64,000 nt of DNA, from contig CBFDEM010000054.1 of the NCBI GenBank assembly GCA_965603825.1, positions 372,001 through 436,000 on the forward strand. The letters run 5' to 3'. The first letter of the stretch is position 1. The number at the start of each line of letters is the position of its first letter. Under the pieces are notes generated by a model that saw only the letters and a program-made list of their open reading frames with translations, had not been told where the DNA came from and ran no database searches. Positions 33,706-45,900 of this stretch are shown here, one piece after another. Origin of the DNA: Blepharisma stoltei ATCC 30299. Lineage: Eukaryota > Protista > Ciliophora. Position numbers and translations under genes: made by a program.

Positions 33706-36700
33706 ATGCTTGGAGCAGCACCCAGTATTCAAACCAAATATATTTTTGGGCAAAAAGCTGACACAAACGGAAGCGTTTTTCACATTGACGAGCAGAAAAT
33801 CATCTATACAGCTGGCCACAACGTTGTCATTTACAACACAGAAGATAAACTGATGCAGTTCTTCCCAGGCCTTGATATTTCTCTTGGCATAACTTCAATT
33901 GCATTAAGTCCTTTGCGCCGCCATTTAGCAGTTGCAGAGCGAGCAGAGCCAGCAGTTGTAATAGTCTATGACACTCATACACAGCGTAAAAAACGTATGA
34001 TGAGCACTCCGGACTGTTTGAGCAACGAGTATGTGAGCATGGCTTTTGCTCCAGGCCAAGAAAACAAATATTTAATTACGATGGGAGGAGCTCCTGACTG
34101 AATGCTCGTATATTGGCAATGGGAAAGACCAAGAGTCCTAACATTTATTCAAGTCTCCTCTGGAAATCCTGTGTACCAGATCAGCTTCAATCTGCTTGAT
34201 CATAATAACGGAATTATCGTAACTGGCCAAGATGTCTTTCGATGGTATAAGATACAAGAAAACGTGTTTAAACCCCAAGCTACAGATATACACAGCAAGC
34301 CAGAAATGCTAGGAACCAATTACCTGTGCCACGCATGGCTAAAAGATGGGAGACTTGTTGTCGGCAATGAAACAGGGGAAATTTTAATTTTAGATGCCAA
34401 TTGTGAATACTTAGGCTATATCAAAATTGCCCTTGAAGGATTCGAAGTCACGAGCATTCTCTACAGCGAGCGTGGCTTTGTAGTAGGCGGCACAAAAGGG
34501 AGAATTTTAATTTTCGACTCACTTGGTGATGAAAGAAAGCCTGACTACAAGCAGCGACCAAGAATAATCCAAACAGAGAAAAAGACCAACGCCAAAGTAA
34601 AAGGCATGAGCTTGTCTTTCCAGACAGAAGAATTCTTGGTGATTACTCTAGACAATTCCCAAATTTATTCAATTGAATTCAATTCACTTAATGAAGAAGC
34701 TGATTATTTAAGCCAGCCTTTCCACTCAGGTGCTATTACTGGGATGGACGTGTGTGTTAGGAAACCTCTTGTAGTCACTTGCGGAACTGATAATTATGTA
34801 AGAATTTGGAATTATTTAGAAAGAACTTTAGAAGTTTATGCGCATTATGCAGAAGAGCCATTCAGTGTAGCTTTCCACCCTAGTGGGTTTCATATCGTTG
34901 TGGGATTTGCAGATAAGCTTAGAATGATGATCGTGTTTCATAATTATATCAAGCCATATCAAGATATTTCAATCCGCGCATGTGCTGAAGTCAGGTTTAG
35001 CAATGGTGGTCACTTATTTGCAGCAACTAATGGAAGCTATATAAAAGTGTACAATTTTTATACTGGAGAAAATCCACCAAACATGGAATTTAAAGGCCAT
35101 TCAGGTAAAGTAAGGTCGATTGCCTGGAATGAAGATGATACCAGCTTTGTCAGTGCAGGGATGGACGGAACTGTCTACGAATGGAAAATAAACCCAAAAA
35201 ATGGAGTTACCCACCCAAACCACCAAAAAGGTGTCAACTATTCCAGTGTAATTATGACTTCCGAATCCTCAACTGGAGAAGGAAAATCAATATATGCAGT
35301 TGGAAATGATAAGTATTTAAAAGAAATCTGTGAAGGCAACGAAATTCGGAGGCTCGAAACAAGGTCTATAATTGGACAAATCGCCTTAACTCACTCAGGA
35401 AAGCTTCTTTTTGCAGGAGTTAATGACCCTACTAAGACAGGAGCTGTATGGTGCTACAAATTTTCACCTTTGACAGGAGACTATACAGAATATCAGGCCC
35501 ATTCTTCAGGAATTGAAAGGATAAGAGTTTCCCATGATGACTGCTTTTTGTTCACTGCTGGACAAGATGGCTGTCTTATTATATGGGAAATCAAAGATAA
35601 AGATATTCGAGCACTTAGAAGAGAAAAAGAGGCATTAGGACTGCCATATGCTGAAGAAGTTCTTATGACCAAGGTAGACATTGATGACTTAAACCAGCAA
35701 ATAGAGTCCTTGAGAACTCAAAATCGTGACATGGTGACCAACTCAAAAATGCAGTATGAGCTGAATTTACAAGACAGGGCTGATTTAATAGAAAAATTAA
35801 GAGAGCAGCTTGTGAATGATGCCCAGCAAGACAAAAACCGCTATGATTCTTTAGCAGAAAGCAAGAGAGAAATGGAGCAGCAATACGATGAAAGAATTAG
35901 AGGGATAAAAGAGCAATATGAACTTGAACGTCAAGAGCTTGAAACAAAGCAGCAACAAGATTTCATGCTGGAAGTTGGCAGATATCAAGAGCTGTCCCGT
36001 GATAAAGACATGGAAACCAAAGCAGCAGAAGAAGCTATCAGAAATCTTGAAAAAAGACACCATGAAGAGCTCAATCATCAAAAAGATGACTTTGAACAAC
36101 AACTTAAAGAAGAAGACATTGAAGTCAAACGACTGGATAGAGAAAATGAAGAATTAAGGAAAAGACATCAATACATACTCAAGCAACTTCAAGAAGAAGA
36201 TAAGCAAGAAGTAACTGAACTTAGAATGCAAAATGAAGCAGATACTAAACAGATTAAAGAAGAAAGCCTTAAGGCTAAAGGAAAACTTTCTATGGCAAAA
36301 CGAAAAGAAACCATGCTGCAGGCAGAAAAAGACCGCCTTGAAGACGAAATTAAAGCGAAAAGAGAAGAAAAAGACCACCAAGATAAGCAGATAAACCAGC
36401 AAAGAGAGCAGTTAAATAAGATGAAAAACATCATTGCAGATAAAGAAAAAGAAATAGGTGAGCGTGAGAAGAAAATCTATGAGCTCAAGCAGAATAACCA
36501 GAATTTAGAAAAATTCAAATTTGTGCTTGATTATAAAATCCGAGAACTTAAACAAGAAATCGGTCCAAGAGAAAAAGAAATCGCAGAAATGAAAGAGCAA
36601 ACCAGCGATATGGACAAAAGATTGAAGTTCTTAAGTGGGCTCAACGAAAGCTTGGGAGGTTTCATGGACGAATTATGCCAAACTCAAGACAACATGCAGC

Positions 36701-37257
36701 ACGAAATCAGTGAGCAGCGAGACCGAATCAGAAAAAGTCAAAACAAAATCAAAGCAATCCGCGACGGAATCTATGACTGCGCACAAAATATTCAGGATTT
36801 CAGAAAGCTTAAAGAGTCCATACTAAAACTCTTCAGCAAATATGTAAAAACTGAAGGAAGAGGACAGGAACCTGACACTGAAAAAGAGTTTGCCAGGCAA
36901 TGCGAATATTTACAGAACAGCATTGACTCTTTGAGGAAAAAACTTAAAGAAGTCACAGAAAAGCATCAGCAAGAAAACATGAAAATGATGAAGGTCAACG
37001 CAGAACTCATTGAAGAAATTTATAAGCTGAGAGAAGAAAGGAAAAAGTTATCAGGAGTTAAGAGGCAGTATGAACTTTTAACTCAAAAAACACAGCCTAG
37101 GAGGTCTTCAAAAGAAGAGGAAAATATCAAAATAATGGAAAAACAAAAAGAGGAAATAAGAGAATTAAGAAAGAAAATTCAGGAAATTGAAAGTGGGAGG
37201 CCTCAGTCGCAGGGGAGATTGCCACCATTAGAAAACCCATCATGGGCTCAAGACTAA
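33706..37257 (+). CDS. CFAP57: Cilia- and flagella-associated protein 57 (WDR65)
   Basis: WD40 N-terminus (GAPDW(TGA)MLVYWQW; FHSGAITGMDVCVRKPLVVTC; AFHPSGFHIVVGFADKLR) and a long coiled coil with NQNLEKFKFVLDYKIRELK.EIGPRE. Confidence 0.93.
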
Positions 37258-37408
37258 TTATTTTAAATTTTAGAATGATATTATCTGTTTATATTTAAAC
37301 AACTCAGCAATAAAAATAATTACATTAATGAAGCTACCAGAATACCCAATGAAAAAATTTAATGCTCTACTAAAAGGTAGTTAGAATTGGTATAAAATTG
37401 ATAATAAA

Positions 37409-38470
37409 TTAACGGAATTTAAGATATGGCTTGGAATAAATATTTTCCTTTGTGGTTTTTGACAATTCCTTAATTTCATCGATTCCCTCTGGCTCTGGGC
37501 TAATACTTTTAATAATAGATGACAGCTCAGCAGTTGAGCTTGATATTGGATGGGGAGTCAAAGCTGGCATTGCTTGGATTTCTTGAACAACAGAAGTCAA
37601 AAATGTATTTGTATCAGACTCTCCATTATTGATTGCTATCCCTTTTTTATTGCTTTGGACTTGTCGTAAGACATTTTTCAGCTCTTTTATTTTTATTATT
37701 TTAAGCTGGACTTCTTGCTCTTTTTCATTCAATTTTCTCTTCAAGACTTCATCTTCTTCCTTAAGCCTTTGCAGCTTTACTTCTTGATCAATTATTATTC
37801 TTTTTGTTTTTATTTCATCTTGTGCAATTGCTTTATTGAAAATTTTTTGTTTTTTATTGAGCTCTTTCATTGCGTTTTCTTCAGCAGTTTCTTTTGGTTT
37901 TCCGTCTTTATTATTTTTTGAAGATTCAAATTCTTTAATTTTGCCATCTAAATTGACTCATTGCTCGTGAAGTTCTTTCCATTTATGCTGATCTTCAATT
38001 GCTTTAGCTCTGAAATCTCTGTATTCAGTTCTTGTGGTCTTGATTTCTTCTCTAACAGATTTTGCTTGAACTGTTAATTCATTGGGAATGGCCAGTTCTA
38101 CTAGTCTCGCTTCTTGCTTTTTTTTTACTTCTTGAAGTGTTTCCATCTCATTATCAATTATTTTCAGCTGATTCTTTAAAAATTTTACTTCATTTTCTAG
38201 CTTCGGAATATCTTCCGAATAATTAGCTGCAATTTCTGTCTTTAAAATAAAAGCTGTCTTCTTTAAATTATTTATATGAGTTATAATTGAATTATATTGG
38301 CTATCTTTTACATCTGCATTTATGAGTTTTCGTTCTGAATCTTTGATGATTAAAGCAGCTTTATGAAGCCTTGATTTCATATCACTAAGCTCTTTTTTCA
38401 AGTACTCATTCTGATCTTTTAGTTTTTTTACGGCTGTCGCTGTATCTACTTGCTGTGTAACTCCTTCCAT
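37409..38470 (-). CDS. Coiled-coil protein, function unknown
   Basis: ORFs 37958-38470 and 37409-37870 are joined in frame by one TGA. Heptad-rich K/E sequence. Confidence 0.75.
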
Positions 38471-38560
38471 TTTATTTATCTAGTCACTAAGATAAAATAT
38501 TACAAGAGAGATTGTAATGGTCTGCTTTTTTATTGAAAGTTTAATTATACTTATTTAAAA

Positions 38561-40120
38561 TTACTGGGAAGTTTGGCTTAACCCGATTCACTTAGAGCTA
38601 AAAGTAAAAGTTTTAGTGTTTTGAACACTACTTGCGATGTCTCTTTGCTCTTTCATTACTAGCACCATGTACTTATCAACAGTTTCTATACCAATGATAG
38701 CAGATAATAGCTCTCTGAGAGTTATCCTAAACCTAGACTCATAATTGTTGACACTGCATTCATGAGTTAGCCTTCTTATTTCTTGCTCCTGCTCTTGTTT
38801 GTATTCTTCTTTAAGAGCAGAAATTTTTTGCTCTAGAACCAATACATCCCCAAAATTTGTGGTCGAGTTAAGGCTTTTCATACTCGCTCTCCCTGAGTCA
38901 TAATCTTCTCATATAATGTTAACTTGTCTTGTTTTTCTGTCAATTTTGTATTCAGGTTTTTTAACTCTAACGTTTTGCGTGATTTTTGCGAGTCTCGTTT
39001 TCACATTATTTCACCTATCGTTAGATGATGCCCTACTAAGGCTTGGCCTCTTCCCTGTAGAGCTCATAAGTGTTTCCAAATAGCTGTCGATCTCTTTACT
39101 TTTTTCAGCCTGGTGCATTATAAATTTAACTGCATCAGAATCTAAAAATGATGGGAAATTTTCAATTGAAATTTTATATTGCAGTTTTCATAAAACTTTT
39201 ACAATTCACTGGAGACCTTCATTTCTTGTGTCTTTTCCTTCTAATAAAAGGTCTGTATAGTGCTGAATTTGGGCATTTTTTACCTGGAGGATTTTTTTCC
39301 TTAAGTCAGATGATGTTTCATCTAACTCTCTTAGCCAATTCATTCTTTTCGATATTTCTCCAGTTATAGACTCTATAATGATAGCTGCTTCAGATTCCCT
39401 TCTTACTGTGTCTTCCCTTAAATTCTGCTTTTTAGACAAAAATTGGGCCATTTCCATTTGTCGCCTCCTCAATTTCATTTTCTCTTTTTTCTCAGTTTCA
39501 GCGAGCTCCTTTTTCCAATTTTGTAATTCATCAGAAACTGCTTTCATTTCTTCCCTCATTTCAGAGCAATCTTTTCTATAAGTCTCTCTTTGCTCATTGC
39601 ATTTTTTTAGTTCGTTTTCAAGGTTTGTAGCAAGAGTTGATAAGTCTTCTTCATACAGTCTATAATATCTGCACCTTTCTTTGAATTGTTCGTCCTCTAT
39701 TTTTTTACTTTGCCTGAATTCGTGCAGATGAGAAGTCTGCTGGGTGCTTGGTCTGCTTGGGATTTTATCTTTTCCTTTTCTTATTGATAGATGCTGCTCT
39801 ACGACATCGCTATGATCCAGCCTTCGCTTTAGCATTTCCTGTGCCTCTGATAGTGTAGTTAAAGAGTCATTTCCTTTTCGTGTCTGCTCTCATTGCTCTA
39901 ATGAAGCCACAGCTTCTTTTTCAAGTTGATCATTTTTGGCATAACCAATGTTTCTTCTAGATGATGAGAACAGCGATAGTCTTGTAGATATTTTGTCAAT
40001 AGTGAACTTTGAATTATTATTGCTCGTGAAATTTGTATCAAAATAATTATCTTGCTTTCAATTCCTTGTCGATTTAGGAGATATTACAGTTTGAGCTCTA
40101 GGAGAAAATAACTTATTCAT
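38561..40120 (-). CDS. Coiled-coil protein, function unknown
   Basis: ATG 40120 is in frame with ORFs 39206-39835 and 38588-38881 via TGA (GKDTRNEGLQW(TGA)IVKVLW). First TAA is at 38561-38563. Confidence 0.72.
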
Positions 40121-40252
40121 TTATTAATAGAAAATTAGTTTTAGCATGATTAGAATTTGAGGATTATTAAAGCGTGCTTTATTTTAAATAAGTTTGGAAC
40201 TATTCCATCTTAGCTATTGATCTATTAATGTACGACTTATAATAAATACATA

Positions 40253-40501
40253 ATGGAGATCGACCTCCTACACCCTTCTGCATCTGATGAAAAAATTAGC
40301 CATAAGAAAAAGCGACTCGTTCAAAGTCCAAACAGCTATTTCATGGACATAAAGTGTCCAACATGCAAAAATGTGACGACAGCGTTCAGTCACAGCCAGA
40401 ATGTGATCCCTTGCCAAGGATGTCAGTTCGTGCTTGCTCGACCTGGAGGAGGAAAGTGCCAGCTGACGATAGGTTGCTCATTCCGAATTAAAGCCGATTA
40501 A
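40253..40501 (+). CDS. RPS27: 40S ribosomal protein S27 (eS27)
   Basis: [52 protein letters not shown]. Confidence 0.97.
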   Translation: MEIDLLHPSASDEKISHKKKRLVQSPNSYFMDIKCPTCKNVTTAFSHSQNVIPCQGCQFVLARPGGGKCQLTIGCSFRIKAD

Positions 40502-40712
40502 AATAGTTAAATGAGTAAATTCTATTAAAAACTTAGGCTCTATCAGTAAACAATAATTATGTAGGGAGTTAGCTAAATTATTCTGAGCTTATTAATCCTT
40601 AATTTTTATCGTTCTCTTTTGGTTTTATCAATTGGTACAGGCAATAATTACTTGGGTGCTCTTTCCATTTCTTTTTGTCATTTCTTTATGGTCTTTTTAT
40701 CAATACTCTAAT

Positions 40713-42644
40713 ATGGGATGCTGCTCCTCAGGAAGAAATAAGCCGCATAGAGATGATACTGCACTTAAGCTGGATGGCTCTAACAGCTCAATAGAAGCTT
40801 CCCCAACAAATGTGCAATGGGTAAAAGATTACCTAAAAATCGTTATAAAGGAAATCCACTTAACGAAAACAATTGAAAGAATCCTGAAAAAACCGAATGA
40901 AATTTATTTCAAAATAAAGGTCAAAAGTCTTGTACAAGACACTACACCTGCTACTATAGAAGGATTACATTATACGTGGCCTGAAGTTGAAGAGTTTAAA
41001 ATAAACTTAGACAAAGACCTTGGGCTGCTTGAAATTATCTTATGTGCTAAGAAAGATGAACTAGAAACAGAGCTCGGTTATGTATGTGTAGATATAGAAG
41101 TGTTCAAAAAGCATGTAAAGTTTTCTGGAAGTGCCCCAATTTACTACAGATGTTTAAAGACTGGAATGGTTCTTTGCGATATCTCGAAGTACAGCTCTGT
41201 GAATGATGTAAATTTTGTAACATTAGGCAATATCTCAGGAGAAAGTATGCAGTTTTTATATTTGCCAGCAAAAGACTACCCAATACAATATACATCTGTA
41301 ATTAATAGAACTCCTCAATTTGTATCAGGAAATTCCTCAAATTCGATAGAGAATGGAGTTGCTGTGGATGGGAGCAATATGAATATTATTACACATATAA
41401 AAGACCCTAAGGTGTCTTTTCAAGATTTATCGCAGTGTTTGAAAATTGAGTCTCCTGATGTAATCTATCACGCATGCGAAAAGTTAAGGTTTTTTGCATG
41501 CCAGTCTTCTTATGCAGCTATGTTGGTATCAAATGATCTTGATGTCATTCAACACATTTTATTCTCATACTCGCAAGACCCATATGTCTCTTTACAAACC
41601 CTTTGAGTCTTATATAGAATTACCGAAAACTCTTCTGAGGTATTCAAAATTTAGATTTATAACCGCTGAAACAAAGACAAGCACAGAATTATATCTACGA
41701 TTGTTAAAATCTGAAAAGAGTTTCACAGCTTAGAATGTGTTAGTCTATGCATCGAAATCGTTGTAAAGTACATCCCCGATAATATTATAAAAACGAAACT
41801 AGTAAAATCTATTTAGATTTATCTTTGCTCTCAAGAGCACATGATCCAGCTGATTTTTGAGACACTTAGAAGATATAACTCAACACAAATTATATCACCC
41901 TGCTTGTTAATATTGTCTGAGTGTTTGGAAATCCCAAACAAGCCTGAATATGTAACCATTATATAGTGGGACCTAATGGACCAGCATGGGTTGATAGAGC
42001 TTTTAGACAAATTTTTATATTTCCATATTCTGAATCATGAAATAGTAATTACAATTTTAAAAATCCTGCAAAGTTTTTCTAGCCAAACCTATCGAAATTT
42101 AGTCGCCTCCAAACTCCACTTTGAAAGGCTAAATTCGGTCTTGGATTATTATATAGACGACTTAAACAAAGTAAAGTCAGTGATCAATATTATTTCGGAA
42201 CTGATCACTCTAACACCTATCCTCAAATCTGAAGGTCAATTCATTCTAGGAGTCGAAATGCTTATAAAAATTCTTGAAAGGCATATAGATTCGAAAATAG
42301 CGATGGACACTGTTTTTATGTGCCTTACAAAGGTAGTTGCAGCAGTCCCAGGCATTCCTGAAGTATTGATTAACCCTGATTCCTTAGATCTCTATTGCCA
42401 ATCTTTAGCTCTAGCTGACCAGGATATTAAAATTTGTGGGGAAATACTAAAACTGCTGACGTTATTATCAGAAAAAAATAAAGAGGTTAAAGATTCTATA
42501 GTAAACAGCGAAGAATTCAAAGAGAAATTCAGATACTTGCTTAAGCTTCATTCAGTACCTTCGGCAGGATCACTCGTGGGGCAAGAAAAGCATATACAGC
42601 AGATAAGAAAATACGCAACAGACCTTTTAGGCGTTGCTGAATAA
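40713..42644 (+). CDS. N-acylated C2-like + ARM-repeat protein; 3 tiny introns
   Basis: Start MGCCSSG (myristoylation/palmitoylation-type motif). C2-like segment (YTWPEVEEFKI..LEIILC..LGYVCVDI) and helical ARM-like C-terminus. Continuous after TGA=Trp and removal of three 15-nt introns. Confidence 0.75.
41640..41654 (+). other. 15-nt spliceosomal intron
   Basis: GTATTCAAAATTTAG, phase 0, ends in an in-frame TAG. Confidence 0.85.
41802..41816 (+). other. 15-nt spliceosomal intron
   Basis: GTAAAATCTATTTAG, phase 0, ends in an in-frame TAG. Confidence 0.85.
41952..41966 (+). other. 15-nt spliceosomal intron
   Basis: GTAACCATTATATAG, phase 0, ends in an in-frame TAG. Confidence 0.85.
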
Positions 42645-42669
42645 TTATAATTTTAATAAGTAAAAAATT

Positions 42670-43965
42670 ATGTTTTCCATATTATCAAATCCAACCTTAT
42701 GCTGCTCAAATAGTTTTTGCTGTGCTTTCTTATGTGGATTATGCATGAGGCAATGCAATACGAAGACTTCACATCATGCTAAGTTGGGGTATATTGCTAT
42801 TACGCTCCTAGCGTGCTTTATGTCTTTGATAGCACTTATATGGGGCTCTTGATTGTTTGAAAAACTTGATTTGATTGGACTTGTGGACTGTTATGACGAT
42901 GATTCTAAGTGTATTGGTATCAGTGTGGTCTATAGAATAAGTTTTTCACTAGGAATGCTTTTTATTACTGCTACAATACTATCGCTTATTGGGGGAGAAA
43001 TTTTTGAGCTGTTTGAGAATAGCTGCTGGCTATTGAAGATTTTTGTATTTTTCACTGTTTTACTATTAACGTTTATGGTCCCGAACTATATTTTTGTAAA
43101 CATTATTTAGGACTGATACATCATCTTTTCAGTGATAGTCGGAATTATATTTTTAGTGTCACAGATTATTATCCTTATTGACTTTGCTTATCACTGAAAT
43201 GAGGCCTGGGTTGAAAACTATGAAAACTCCAACGAATCCCGCTTTTGGATGTTTTGACTATTTTTCTTTCCAATCTTGTCTTGGATTCTAATATTCACAA
43301 TGTCAATTTCAAGCTTTATTTATTTTCAATGCACAGGACCCATTGCATTGACTTCAGCAAGCCTTCTGTTTGGAATTGGGCTTACAGCAGTAAGCAGCTC
43401 GAAACTAATAGAGCATGGCTGTAATCTTTATTTAGCTTTGCTTACAAGCTCATTCATTTCGTTAATTTTCAATTACTGGACTTTTAGCGCTTTAGCTTCA
43501 AATCCAGTCGAAACTTGCAATTTATGAGAATCAAGGCAACACAATTTTTTATTAGTTGGGGCAGACTTATTTGTGTGCATGCTAACTTTGGCATATTTCG
43601 CTATGAAAATTGAAGGGAAGCCACATTATGAAGAAGTAAAAACTTCTGACGTCTCATCATTGGAAATGAAATCTATGAAAGAAATTACTACAACAGACGA
43701 AGAATATGTACATCAGCAAAATCCTACACAAAAGGTTAGCTTGCAGCAGAATTCAACTTATTTTCATTTATTGATGACTGTTTATTCGCTAACACTTGCG
43801 ATGATTTTGACTAATTGGGGGCTAGTTACAGGGTGGATGTAAGTTATATATAGGACTTCTATGAGTTTTTGGATTAGGATCTGCCAAGCAAGCTTGTGTA
43901 TGATTCTTTTCTTTTGAAGTGTTTTGGCTCCTTCATGCTGCCCAGATAGAGATTTCTCATTATAA
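42670..43965 (+). CDS. Serine incorporator (SERINC/TMS1 family) multipass protein; 3 tiny introns
   Basis: CIGISVVYRISFSL, QIIILIDFAYHW(TGA)NEAW, GSLLTSS, YFHLLM..AMILTNW, W(TGA)SVLAP..PDRDF. TAA at 43963-43965. Confidence 0.92.
43096..43110 (+). other. 15-nt spliceosomal intron (SERINC)
   Basis: GTAAACATTATTTAG. Removes an in-frame TAG. Confidence 0.9.
43421..43435 (+). other. 15-nt spliceosomal intron (SERINC)
   Basis: GTAATCTTTATTTAG. No internal stop, but removal restores the SERINC-like GSLLTSS. Confidence 0.75.
43839..43853 (+). other. 15-nt spliceosomal intron (SERINC)
   Basis: GTAAGTTATATATAG. Removes an in-frame TAA and restores the conserved C-terminus. Confidence 0.9.
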
Positions 43966-43988
43966 AATTAAAATTTCTAGTTTACATC

Positions 43989-45587
43989 TTAATTATTTGG
44001 TCTTGCTCTCGCAGATAAGGTAGCTCTTGATAGCTTTCTGACCCCTTCTCCTTTAATCCATTCGTGCTGTAGTCCTGATTCTGCAGTTATTCTTGAACTT
44101 GGATCCCAGTCAAGACATTTTTCTATAAAATCGATAAATTTTATATCAAAGCCCTCAAAATATTCACAGAGCAGCTTTGCGCTTGGTATATAGAAGAGTC
44201 TAGAAATAGTTATTGGTTCATTGTTTTCGTCGAAATATATGTGCTTGTTTCTTGATCTTGATAATAAATTCTCTGGAGGTCTTCCTTTAGCTGAAATTAT
44301 TCTTAAAAGCAAATCATGTTGAGATTCGGCCGGAAACAGAGGTCGCCCAAGTGCTAATTCTGCAAGAATGCAACCAAGAGACCACATATCAATTTGAGTG
44401 TTATAGCCGGCTCCAAGAATTACCTCAGGAGCTCTATAATATCTGCTCTGCAAGTAACTGTACAGTCGGTCACCTAATTTGCAAGCTGAGCCAAAATCTA
44501 TGATTTTGATACTTGACTTGTTTTCTTGTCGCAACAAAATATTTTCAGGCTTTAAGTCGCCATGGATAATTCTATTGGAATGGATGTATTTTAACCCAAT
44601 CAAAATTTGAGTTGCAATACGTTTTATCAATGACAACTCCAAGCCTTTTGAGTCTTTTTTCCTTAGTAATTCATATAAATTTAAGCTTAGTAGCTCGAAA
44701 ACTAGACATAAATGCCCTCTAAAAATGAATTTTTTTGTTTTTCGGACAATGCACATTGAATCTTCAGGGTCCCCACTAGCAAGCAGGTTTAAAACTCCAT
44801 CTTCATCTTCCCCAACTTTTCTGAACTCACTCATATTTTTCATCAACTTCACAGCGACTATTTCGCTACTTTTATGGTCAATGCATTTTAAAACTATCCC
44901 AAATGCGCCTCGTCCGAGCTCGCTTTGGATTTCGTATCTATAGGCAATATGATCTCCAATCGCCGGTACGAACATTCCGCTAGCATCAGCCGAATTTTTG
45001 ATCTCTTTATCAAAAATCGCACTTAAATAATAAATTTGGCTATATTTCGTAATTTCTTCTTTCTCTAGATCTGACAAAGCTGCACTATAAGAACTTAATG
45101 CTTGCTGTGGAGAAATAGGGAAAACCTTTGATTTTTGGCCATGGTCTAATGCAAAAAATAGACTTCGGGTAGGTGATGCACTTGACGTTCTTGATGGAGG
45201 CAGTCCATGGCTGAGGTTTGGAACAATTTTACGGCTTATTCTTTTAGGATTTGTTGGAGTAGCAGGATCCATGCATTTTAAGGTTTTTTTGGGAGACTCT
45301 GGCTGAAAGCTTTTCAGTGCAAAATTAAGCTGGCTATTAAAGGAATTTCCTCGGTTTGAAGGCGACGGAGACATTGTTGACGAAGTGCTTCCAGAAACTG
45401 CTTGGCTGTTTTGTTTGTAGTCTGGCCCTTCCAAGTCTTTTATAGGCTCCAAAGTATTTTCTTTAATAGGTGATAAAATTATAGGCATATTCAAGGTATG
45501 CAAGGAGAACTGGCGATGGCTTAAGGGCGCAGCTGTTGGGCTTAAAGGAACTCTGGTTTTCCCTGGGAAAACTCTTTGAGATCTCAT
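43989..45587 (-). CDS. DYRK-family (class II-like) protein kinase
   Basis: GDHIAYRYEI, LGRGAFG, VAVK, HGDLKPENILL, IDFGSAC, YSYLQSRYYRAPE (YxY activation loop), DMWSLGC. Confidence 0.93.
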   Translation of the reverse strand: MRSQRVFPGKTRVPLSPTAAPLSHRQFSLHTLNMPIILSPIKENTLEPIKDLEGPDYKQNSQAVSGSTSSTMSPSPSNRGNSFNSQLNFALKSFQPESPKKTLKCMDPATPTNPKRISRKIVPNLSHGLPPSRTSSASPTRSLFFALDHGQKSKVFPISPQQALSSYSAALSDLEKEEITKYSQIYYLSAIFDKEIKNSADASGMFVPAIGDHIAYRYEIQSELGRGAFGIVLKCIDHKSSEIVAVKLMKNMSEFRKVGEDEDGVLNLLASGDPEDSMCIVRKTKKFIFRGHLCLVFELLSLNLYELLRKKDSKGLELSLIKRIATQILIGLKYIHSNRIIHGDLKPENILLRQENKSSIKIIDFGSACKLGDRLYSYLQSRYYRAPEVILGAGYNTQIDMWSLGCILAELALGRPLFPAESQHDLLLRIISAKGRPPENLLSRSRNKHIYFDENNEPITISRLFYIPSAKLLCEYFEGFDIKFIDFIEKCLDWDPSSRITAESGLQHEWIKGEGVRKLSRATLSARARPNN

Positions 45588-45900
45588 AAAATAATATTTT
45601 AATGGATTTGATAGCCAATAATAATCAGTACAAAAGATGTTTGAAATTGCCCTGCTTTAAAATCAACTTTTATGGCAATATATCAATATTGAGTATCTTC
45701 TACTAATATAAAAAAAAGTTAAAAGAACTTGGCCAAGAATGGCCATTATTGGTATTTATAAGGCAGGTCAGCCAAAAAGCTCTTTTAACTAAAATAATTT
45801 GTGATTAATATTTGAGCTTAATTATTACTTTTCGAAAGACTTTATCGATTTTTAAAACAATTTATAGCAAACCCAATCTATATAATAATTTTTGATTAAC

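Noticed and set aside
38588-38590. TGA as a second example of a UGA stop
   Set aside because: An in-frame TAA follows 9 codons later (38561-38563), so Trp readthrough is unproblematic. Uninformative without 3'-end data.
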